From assembly GCA_019116445.1 (NCBI GenBank), contig DXBP01000035.1:5449-69448 (forward strand): DNA of 64,000 nt, given 5' to 3'. Below are positions 56,640 to 64,000 of the stretch, one piece after another. The position numbers were made by a program, and so were the translations under genes. Position 1 is the stretch's first letter. Every line of letters starts with the position of its first letter. A model generated the notes under the pieces. The model worked only from the letters and a program-made list of their open reading frames with translations. It was not told where the DNA came from and made no database searches. The DNA comes from Candidatus Gemmiger excrementigallinarum (GTDB lineage Bacteria; Bacillota; Clostridia; Oscillospirales; Ruminococcaceae).

Positions 56640-57926
56640 ATGCAGCAACAAAAAGACATCATGATCCGCGTCCGCAATGTCAGGAAAAAGTATCGTCTGG
56701 GGCAGATCGGCGGCGGTACCCTGCGGGGGGACCTACAAAGCTGGTGGGCCCGCAAGCGCGGAAAAGAGGACCCCAATACCCTCATCGGCACCGATCAGCG
56801 GCTCATCGGAACTACTTTTATGGCGCTGAACGGCCTGAGTTTTGATGTGTACAAAGGGGAAGCGGTGGGGATCATCGGTTCCAACGGCGCGGGCAAATCC
56901 ACGCTGCTCAAGCTGCTGACCCACGTCACCGCTCCCACCGAGGGCGACATCGACCTCTACGGCCGGGTGGCCTCCATGCTGGAGGTGGGCACCGGCTTTC
57001 ACCCCGAGATGACCGGTCGGGAGAACGTCTATCTCAATGGTGCCATTCTCGGTATGACCCGGGCAGAGATCGACGCCAAGATGAACGAGATCATCGAATT
57101 TTCCGAGGTGGGGGATTTCATCGATACGCCCGTAAAGCGCTATTCCAGCGGCATGTACGTCAAACTGGCGTTCAGCGTGGCGGCCCATCTGGACAGCGAA
57201 ATCATGATCATGGACGAAGTACTCGCCGTGGGCGACATGAAGTTCCAGAAAAAGTGTCTGACCAAGATGCGCCAGGCCGCCAAACGGGATGGCAAGACGG
57301 TACTTTATGTCAGCCATAACATGGCGACCATCCGGGATCTGTGTGACCGCTGCATCGTGCTGGACAAAGGCAAAATCGTCTTTGACGGAGATGTGGATGA
57401 GGGCATTGCCATCTATCTGGCGCAGAAGTCCCAGAGCACGGATTTTGTGGATTACAGCCAGTATAAGCGGGACAACTGGTTCAAGCGCGACAATCTGCGG
57501 CTGCAAAGTGCCCGGTTTCAGGTACCGTCGGTGGAAAGCATTGACCATACCCAGCCGCTGAGAGCTGAATACGTGATCCACGCCAGAGAAGAAGCCCAGG
57601 GCGTAGGTCTGCGCTTTGAGGTGCGCAATGAGGTAGGCAATCCCCTGGCAACTTCCTGTCTGTACGGATTGGACCTGCATCCGGGTGAGAACCGTTTTAC
57701 AGCGGAATATGACCTGCGAGTGCTGTCTCCGGGGCAGTACAGCAACTATTTTACGCTGTTCACCTTGGGAGAGGGCGGCACCCATACAGTGGAAGACTGG
57801 GTGCCGGGCATCCAGTTCCGACTGGTGCATACTTTCCTGGAAGGAGAACTGGAGTGGAACGCCAAGGAATGGGGGGCCGTAGAATTGCCCCAGACCAGGT
57901 TGGTAGAACAGGAGCATAAGGCATGA
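56640..57926 (+). CDS. wzt: Polysaccharide exporter ATPase with a C-terminal carbohydrate-binding domain
   Basis: GSNGAGKST, YSSGM and DEVLAVGD motifs plus a C-terminal extension of roughly 150 aa. Confidence 0.93.
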   Translation: MQQQKDIMIRVRNVRKKYRLGQIGGGTLRGDLQSWWARKRGKEDPNTLIGTDQRLIGTTFMALNGLSFDVYKGEAVGIIGSNGAGKSTLLKLLTHVTAPTEGDIDLYGRVASMLEVGTGFHPEMTGRENVYLNGAILGMTRAEIDAKMNEIIEFSEVGDFIDTPVKRYSSGMYVKLAFSVAAHLDSEIMIMDEVLAVGDMKFQKKCLTKMRQAAKRDGKTVLYVSHNMATIRDLCDRCIVLDKGKIVFDGDVDEGIAIYLAQKSQSTDFVDYSQYKRDNWFKRDNLRLQSARFQVPSVESIDHTQPLRAEYVIHAREEAQGVGLRFEVRNEVGNPLATSCLYGLDLHPGENRFTAEYDLRVLSPGQYSNYFTLFTLGEGGTHTVEDWVPGIQFRLVHTFLEGELEWNAKEWGAVELPQTRLVEQEHKA

Positions 57927-58765
57927 AAAAAGTTGCAGCACTGTATATCTGCACAGGGCAGTATCTTCGGCTTTGGCCGGAATTTCTCGCCAGTGCCGAG
58001 AAATATCTGCTAAAAAAAAGCGAAGTTCACTATTTTGTCTTTACCGATGCCGATCACCTGGACGGGGAGGAAGACAACCCCCGCATCCACCGCTATTTCC
58101 AGAAACCCCAGCCCTGGCCCTACACCACGCTGAAGCGGTTTGAAATTTTTTTGCGGCGCGAAGAAGAACTGAAGGACTTTGACTATATCTATTTCTTCAA
58201 TGCAAACTGTGAATTTACCCAGCCCATCACGGAAGAAATGTTCCTGCCGCGACCCGAAAAGCATGAGCGTATGGTCTTTGTGCTGCATCCGGCCTTCTAT
58301 TGGCGGCCCAACTACGAGTTTACCTATGACCGTAACCCCCGGTGCAAGGCGTTTATCCCCATGGGGCTGGGCCGGGATTATGTCTGCGGGGGTATCAACG
58401 GCGGCGAAGCCAAAGCCTATCTGAAGTTCTGCCATCTGCTGGACAAGCGCATCAACCAGGACCTGGCAAAAGGTATTATTGCCCTCTGGCACGATGAATC
58501 CCACATCAACTGGTATGCCTTTACCCATCCCAAATACCGCCTGCTGGATGCCAGCTTCTGCTTCTTTGAAGGTTGGCACACCAAAAAGCCTTGTTATATC
58601 CTGGTTCGGGCAAAGGAGCGGTATTTTGATGTAGATACCTTCAAAAAGGACCCGCCCAAGACCCAGCTTTCTCCCCGCGTGGAAAAGTACAACCATTTCA
58701 TGATGCGGGTATCCCGCTATCTGCAGCGCCGTATGCCCTGGCTGAAGCGCCGCGAACGCGAATAA
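57923..58765 (+). CDS. Family 6 glycosyltransferase (ABO/BoGT6a-like, NxN type)
   Basis: YICTGQY, YFVFTD, WPYTTLKRF, FFNAN, CGGINGG and WHDESHIN motifs. Confidence 0.9.
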   Translation: MKKVAALYICTGQYLRLWPEFLASAEKYLLKKSEVHYFVFTDADHLDGEEDNPRIHRYFQKPQPWPYTTLKRFEIFLRREEELKDFDYIYFFNANCEFTQPITEEMFLPRPEKHERMVFVLHPAFYWRPNYEFTYDRNPRCKAFIPMGLGRDYVCGGINGGEAKAYLKFCHLLDKRINQDLAKGIIALWHDESHINWYAFTHPKYRLLDASFCFFEGWHTKKPCYILVRAKERYFDVDTFKKDPPKTQLSPRVEKYNHFMMRVSRYLQRRMPWLKRRERE

Positions 58766-58802
58766 AAAACAACCCCTGTTCAAAGAACAGGGGTTGTTTT
58801 TT
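58764..58802. terminator. Bidirectional terminator
   Basis: AAAAAACAACCCCTGTTC-AAA-GAACAGGGGTTGTTTTTT perfect inverted repeat. Confidence 0.92.
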
Positions 58803-59809
58803 TACCGATAATCAATGGGCAGCGTGGGCAGGCCGTTCAGGTCCCAGCCGGCCAGGTTGCCGTCCCGGTACTCGTAGTAGCCTTGGGCGGCGATCATGGC
58901 GCCGTTGTCGCCGCAGTATTTCAGTTCCGGCAGGTAGATCCCGGCACCCAGCTTCTGGGCGCCGTCGTTCACCAGCTGGCGCAGCCGGCCGTTGGCGGCT
59001 ACGCCGCCCGCCAGACAGATGATCCGGGCACCGGTGTCGGCGGCCGCAGACAGCAGCTTTTTGGCCAGGATCTGGTCGATGCGCTCCTGGAAGCTGGCGG
59101 CCATATCGGAAACGTTGATCTGCTGGCCCTTTTGCTCGGCGTTGTGCACCTCGTTGATGACAGCGGTTTTCAGCCCGCTGAAACTCACGTTGTACTTGCC
59201 CTCCACATGGGGCACCGGCAGCTTGTAGGCATGGGGGTCACCGCCTTTGGCGGCGGCGGCCACGCTGGGCCCGCCCGGGTAAGAAAGCCCCAGGGTGCGG
59301 GCCACCTTGTCGTAGGCTTCCCCGGCGGCATCGTCCACCGTGCGGCCCAGCACCTTGTAGCGGCACCAGTCTTCCACCAGCACGATGTGGCTGTGGCCGC
59401 CGCTGGCCACCAGGCAAAGGAACGGCGGATGCAGCGCCGGGTGGGTCAGATAGTTGGCGGCGATATGCCCTCGCAGATGGTGCACCGGCACCAGCGGCTT
59501 TCCGGCGGCGTAGGCCAGCCCCTTGGCAAAGTTGACCCCCACCAGCACCGCGCCGATCAGCCCCGGCGCAAAGGTGACCGCCACAGCGCCCACATCGGCG
59601 ATGGTCAGGCCGGCATCGGCCAGGGCTTTGTCCACGGTGGCGCTGATATACTCGGCATGGCGGCGGCTGGCAATCTCCGGCACCACGCCGCCGTAGAGCG
59701 CCTGTTCCTTGACGCTGGTGGCAATCACGTTGGAAATCACCTTGCGGCCGTCCTCCACAATGGCAGCGGCAGTTTCGTCGCAGGTGGATTCAATTCCTAA
59801 AACATACAT
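58802..59809 (-). CDS. tsaD: tRNA N6-threonylcarbamoyladenosine synthesis protein
   Basis: LGIESTCDET, GGVVPEIASRRH, HHLRGH, SGGHS and DNGAMI motifs. Confidence 0.97.
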   Translation of the reverse strand: MYVLGIESTCDETAAAIVEDGRKVISNVIATSVKEQALYGGVVPEIASRRHAEYISATVDKALADAGLTIADVGAVAVTFAPGLIGAVLVGVNFAKGLAYAAGKPLVPVHHLRGHIAANYLTHPALHPPFLCLVASGGHSHIVLVEDWCRYKVLGRTVDDAAGEAYDKVARTLGLSYPGGPSVAAAAKGGDPHAYKLPVPHVEGKYNVSFSGLKTAVINEVHNAEQKGQQINVSDMAASFQERIDQILAKKLLSAAADTGARIICLAGGVAANGRLRQLVNDGAQKLGAGIYLPELKYCGDNGAMIAAQGYYEYRDGNLAGWDLNGLPTLPIDYR

Positions 59810-59827
59810 GGGTAAAAACCAGTCCTC

Positions 59828-62338
59828 TCAATGTGCTTCCAGCCAGGTTTTGCCGATGCCCACGTCGGTGGTCAGCGGCACGCTGTACTGCACGACCTGT
59901 TCCATTTCCTCGCGGAGCACCCGCTTCACTTCCTCTACCTCGGCTTCGGGTGCTTCCACGATCAGTTCGTCGTGCACCTGTAACAGCAGCCGGGCTTCCA
60001 GTTTCTCGTCCCGCAGCCGCTGCCACACATGGACCATGGCCAGCTTGATGATGTCGGCGGCAGTACCCTGAATGGGGGTGTTCCGGGCCATCCGTTCGCC
60101 GCTGGCCCGTACCTGGAAGTTGGAACTGGCCAGTTCCGGCAGCGCCCGACGGCGGCCGAACAGCGTTTCCACATAGCCTTTTTCCTTGGCGTGGGCGATG
60201 CAGTCCTGCATATAGCCGTCCACCTTGGGGAATGTGGCCAGATAGGTTTTCAGGAAGTTGTCCGCTTCCTTCACCGGCACGTCCAGGTCTTTGCTCAGGG
60301 AGTAGGCGCCCTTGCCGTACATGATGCCGAAGTTGATGGCCTTGCTGGCGGAACGCAGCTGGGGAGTGACTTCGCTTTCGGGGATATGGTAGATTTTGGC
60401 GGCGGTGGAGCGGTGAATGTCCGCCCCGTGCAAAAATGCCTGCTGCATGGCTTCGTCGCCGGTGATGTGGGCCAAAATCCGCAGTTCGATCTGGGAGTAG
60501 TCGGCGTCCACCAGTTCCTTGCCCTCCCCGGCCACAAAGAACCCCCGCAGACGGCTACCCAGTTCGGTACGGATGGGGATGTTCTGCAAGTTGGGCTCGG
60601 TGGAGGAGATGCGCCCGGTGCGGGCTTCGGTCTGGATGAAGGTGGAGTGCACCCGGCCGTCGGCGGCCTGGGCCGCCAGCAAGCCGTCCACATAGGTAGA
60701 AAGCAGCTTGGCGTAGGTGCGGTATTTCAAGATCTGGTCAATGACCGGGCTGTAGGGCCGCAGGCTTTCCAGCGTTTCGGCGTCGGTGGAATACCCCCGG
60801 GAGGTTTTCTTCCGGGGCGGCAGGCCCAGTTTGTCAAACAGGGCTTCGCCCAGCTGCTTGGGGCTGTTCACATTGAACTCGTAGCCCACTTCCTCGTAGA
60901 TGCTCTGCAAAATTCCGTCCAGTTCGCTGCGCAGGCTGTCGCCGAAAGTGCGGATGCCCTCGGCATCCACCCCGAACCCGATGCGCTCCATATCTGCCAG
61001 CACCCGGGCCAGGGGCAGTTCCATCTCGTCGTGGAGTTTGCGCTGCTCGCTTTCGTCCAGGGCAGCAGCCAGCTTGTCCAGCAGGGCCGTGAGCACTCCG
61101 GCGTCGGGGGCGGCCTCGCAGGCAAAGGCGGCGGGCACATCGTATTCCCCGGCCAGGTTCTTTACCGCGTAGCCGCTGGCCGACGGGTTCAGCAGGTAGG
61201 CTGCCAGCTTGCCGTCAAAACGGATGGCCTTGCCGATGCCGCCGTGGTCCAGCGCCAGGTGGTACAGGGGCTTTGCGTCAAAGACCCACAGTTCCGCGTC
61301 GCCGTCCAGCAGGGCGGTCAGGCGGTCGGTGTCAGGCAAAAAGACCTGCCCGTCCTGTACGGCATACCAGCTGCCGTCACTGTTCTGGGCCAGGTACAGC
61401 CGCCCTTCCACCACCAGCGGCAGGGGAGAAGGCTCCACCGTTTCCAGCGGGGCCGCTTCGGCTGCGGCGGGGGCGCTGCCGCTTTCCAGCTGCCAGCGGT
61501 CGATGAGTTTGTGCATCTCCAGGCTGGCCAGCAGATGGGCGGCGGCTGCCGCATCGCCGGGCTGGCGGGTGTAAGCGGCGGGGTCGGTGTCGATGGGGGC
61601 ATCCTTGCGGATGGTGCCCAGCATATAGGAAAGTTCCGCCTTGTCCCGGTTGGCGCCCAGCTTGGTGCGCTGGCCGGGTTTGATGGCGGGGTTGTCGATA
61701 TGGTCGTAGATGGCCTGCAGGCTGCCGAACTTCTGCACCAGAGCCAGGGCGGTTTTCTCACCGATGCCCGGCACGCCGGGAATGTTGTCCGACGAATCAC
61801 CCATCAGGCTCTTCACGTCGATGAGTTGGGCCGGGTCCACGCCGTACTTTTCCCGGATGGCGGCGGGGTCCATAGGGATGGTCTCCTTGTTGGTGGCCAG
61901 CAAAACGGTGGTGGCGTCGTCCACCAGCTGCAGGCTGTCCCGGTCGCCGGTGGCCAGCAGGGTGGTACCGCCCTTTGCTTCGCAGGCGGCGGCCAGGGTG
62001 CCCAGAATGTCGTCGGCTTCCCAGCCCTCCTTGCTCACCTGTACAAAACCCAGGTGGGTCAGCAGTTCTTTCAGCACCGGCATCTGCTGGGCCAGTTCCT
62101 CCGGCATACCGTGGCGGGTTGCCTTGTAGCCGTCGTAGGCCTGGTGGCGGAAGGTGGGAGCCCGCTCGTCCCAGGCAATGGCCACCGCGTCGGGCTGGTG
62201 GGCGGTGAGCAGGTTCAGCAGGATGTTCTGGAACCCGAAAATCGCATTGGTGTAGCGGCCGTCCTTCGTCGTCAGCAGCTTGATGCCGAAAAAGGCCCGG
62301 TTGACCAGACTGTTGCCGTCCAGTACCATCAATTTCAT
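59828..62338 (-). CDS. polA: DNA polymerase I
   Basis: 5'-3' exonuclease LDGNSL...EADD...GDRD; polymerase DYSQIELR, KAINFG and QVHDEL motifs. Confidence 0.97.
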   Translation of the reverse strand: MKLMVLDGNSLVNRAFFGIKLLTTKDGRYTNAIFGFQNILLNLLTAHQPDAVAIAWDERAPTFRHQAYDGYKATRHGMPEELAQQMPVLKELLTHLGFVQVSKEGWEADDILGTLAAACEAKGGTTLLATGDRDSLQLVDDATTVLLATNKETIPMDPAAIREKYGVDPAQLIDVKSLMGDSSDNIPGVPGIGEKTALALVQKFGSLQAIYDHIDNPAIKPGQRTKLGANRDKAELSYMLGTIRKDAPIDTDPAAYTRQPGDAAAAAHLLASLEMHKLIDRWQLESGSAPAAAEAAPLETVEPSPLPLVVEGRLYLAQNSDGSWYAVQDGQVFLPDTDRLTALLDGDAELWVFDAKPLYHLALDHGGIGKAIRFDGKLAAYLLNPSASGYAVKNLAGEYDVPAAFACEAAPDAGVLTALLDKLAAALDESEQRKLHDEMELPLARVLADMERIGFGVDAEGIRTFGDSLRSELDGILQSIYEEVGYEFNVNSPKQLGEALFDKLGLPPRKKTSRGYSTDAETLESLRPYSPVIDQILKYRTYAKLLSTYVDGLLAAQAADGRVHSTFIQTEARTGRISSTEPNLQNIPIRTELGSRLRGFFVAGEGKELVDADYSQIELRILAHITGDEAMQQAFLHGADIHRSTAAKIYHIPESEVTPQLRSASKAINFGIMYGKGAYSLSKDLDVPVKEADNFLKTYLATFPKVDGYMQDCIAHAKEKGYVETLFGRRRALPELASSNFQVRASGERMARNTPIQGTAADIIKLAMVHVWQRLRDEKLEARLLLQVHDELIVEAPEAEVEEVKRVLREEMEQVVQYSVPLTTDVGIGKTWLEAH

Positions 62339-62437
62339 AGAAAAGCTCCTTTGGCGCAATTTGCATATAGAATAAGTATACCACAAACGGCGCAAATGTG
62401 GTAGAATGGAATGCGAAATCCAAAAACGAGGTATCCC

Positions 62438-63415
62438 ATGCAACTGAAAAATTTGCAAATCCCGGTGGGGGCGGTGTTCGCGCCCATGGCCGGGTTGACC
62501 GATGCCGCCTGCCGCCGCATGATGGCGGACCACGGGGCGGCCTGGACCGTCAGCGAGATGGCCAGCGCCAAGGCGCTGAACTTCGGGGACCGCAAATCCT
62601 TTGCGCTGTTAAAGGACCCCGACCCCCATGGCATCTATGCCATCCAGCTGTTCGGCGCCGAGCCGGAAACGTTGGCCAAGGCCATCCTGCTGGTGCGGGA
62701 AAAAGGCATCCGTTTTGACATCCTGGATATCAATATGGGCTGTCCGGCCCCCAAGATCACCTCCGGCGGGGCGGGCAGTCATCTTTTGCTGGACCCGCCC
62801 CTGTGCGGGGCCATGGTGGCCGCTGCCCGCAAGGCCCTGGGGGACGATACGCCGCTCACGGTGAAAATGCGCATCGGCTGGGACGCTGACCATCTCACCG
62901 GTGTGGAGGTGGCCAAACAGTGTGAGGCCAACGGCGCCGATCTTTTGGCGGTGCACGGCCGCACCCGGGAGCAGATGTATATTCCCCCCATCGACACCGA
63001 AGCCATTGCCGCCATCAAGCAGGCGGTGAGTATCCCGGTGCTGGCCAACGGCGATGTGACCACCGCCGAAGGGGCCCTGGACCTGCTGGCCAAAACCGGC
63101 TGCGATGGTGTCATGATCGGCCGGGGGGCGCTGGGCGACCCCTGGCTGTTTGACCGGGTACGGGCGGCCTTGCTGGGTGAGGAACCGCCCGCCGAACCCT
63201 CTCTCAATCAGCGGATGATGGCGCTGCGCCGTCAGATCTACGAGATGTGCGAGGAAAAAGGGGAGTGGCTGGCCATGCCCCAGGCCCGCAGCCAGGCCAT
63301 GCATTATATGAAAGGCCTGCGGGGGGCGGCTTCCCTGCGGCGGTACTGCTCCATGCTGGAACATTTTACCGATGTGGACAAACTGATCGATGCTGTCTAC
63401 CGTTTGCAGGACTGA
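62438..63415 (+). CDS. dusB: tRNA-dihydrouridine synthase
   Basis: APMAG, DINMGCP, VHGRTR, NGDV and MIGRG motifs. Confidence 0.93.
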   Translation: MQLKNLQIPVGAVFAPMAGLTDAACRRMMADHGAAWTVSEMASAKALNFGDRKSFALLKDPDPHGIYAIQLFGAEPETLAKAILLVREKGIRFDILDINMGCPAPKITSGGAGSHLLLDPPLCGAMVAAARKALGDDTPLTVKMRIGWDADHLTGVEVAKQCEANGADLLAVHGRTREQMYIPPIDTEAIAAIKQAVSIPVLANGDVTTAEGALDLLAKTGCDGVMIGRGALGDPWLFDRVRAALLGEEPPAEPSLNQRMMALRRQIYEMCEEKGEWLAMPQARSQAMHYMKGLRGAASLRRYCSMLEHFTDVDKLIDAVYRLQD

Positions 63416-63491
63416 GCAAGATTGAGCCTTGCCTTCTGACGCTGCCGATGCAGACAAACTGATCGACGCCGTCTGCCGCCTGCAGGATTAA
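63369..63491 (+). repeat. 47-bp imperfect direct repeat of the dusB 3' end (63369-63415 and 63445-63491)
   Basis: 38 of 47 positions identical by manual alignment; both copies end in a stop codon. Confidence 0.9.
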
Positions 63492-64000
63492 AACCGGCCC
63501 CGGGTCAGCTCGTCCAGGTTCTGGGCGTAGCAGGGCAGCATGTGCTGGATGAAATACTCCGCCTCGGGGCAGTCCATGGCGTGCAGGGCGTCCAGCTGCT
63601 GCTGCCGGGCGGCCTCAAATTCATGGTTGCCGCCCTGGCTCTCCTCAATGCACTTGATGAGGGCCGAAAGCCGGTCTGCCGCTTTCAGCACTTTGCGCTC
63701 GGCATCGTTGAGCACGGCTCCCGTCAGGTAGGCTTCGCTCTCGGCCCGCAGTTCGGCGGGCAGCAGGCTGGCCATCACCCGGGCGCTCTCCCGCTCCACG
63801 GCCTTGTAGGCGGAGCGCAGGGCGTCATTCTTGTATTTCACCGGCGTGGGCATATCCCCGGTGAGAATTTCCGGTGCGTCGTGGTAGAGTGCTGCCGTGG
63901 CCACCACTTCGGGACGGAGTCCTCCGCCGGTGCCGGTGCAGTTTCGGCCGATCAGGCAGAGCATGTGGGCCAGCAGTGCCGTGTCGGCGGTGTGCTCGCT
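63488..64000 (-). CDS. yfbR: HD-domain 5'-deoxynucleotidase (YfbR family), 5' end outside the window
   Basis: SEH...ALYHDAPEILTGDMPTPVKY and KAADRLSA motifs. Confidence 0.88.
   Translation of the reverse strand, partial: SEHTADTALLAHMLCLIGRNCTGTGGGLRPEVVATAALYHDAPEILTGDMPTPVKYKNDALRSAYKAVERESARVMASLLPAELRAESEAYLTGAVLNDAERKVLKAADRLSALIKCIEESQGGNHEFEAARQQQLDALHAMDCPEAEYFIQHMLPCYAQNLDELTRGRF

Noticed and set aside
59828-62338. PolA with a degenerate 3'-5' exonuclease region
   Set aside because: Normal for Firmicute PolA.

Overview
High-GC chromosomal segment of an anaerobic, probably spore-forming Firmicute. The gene content suggests Oscillospiraceae, near Gemmiger/Subdoligranulum, but this is inference. 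In order, the window holds: a GNB/LNB (host-glycan disaccharide) uptake and phosphorolysis operon with a divergent AraC gene; a GH3; a two-component operon with three uncharacterised envelope proteins; gdhA; a TetM/EF-G-like GTPase fused to a NYN (Rae1/YacP-like) RNase; superoxide reductase plus a CxC rubredoxin; ilvA with a structured leader; a Leu T-box ilvBNCD operon; an MBOAT/SGNH O-acylation pair whose MBOAT has an in-frame TGA; aroF, ybaK and rsuA; a double peptidoglycan-modification cluster (asnB-murE and D-Asp ligase-asnB) around a frameshifted XRE membrane sensor; three tRNAs; a 13-gene Wzm/Wzt glycan locus ending in an ABO-like GT6; then tsaD, polA, dusB (with a duplicated 3' end) and yfbR. 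No CRISPR array, integrase or transposase was seen. All family calls come from motif recognition by eye, without database searches.
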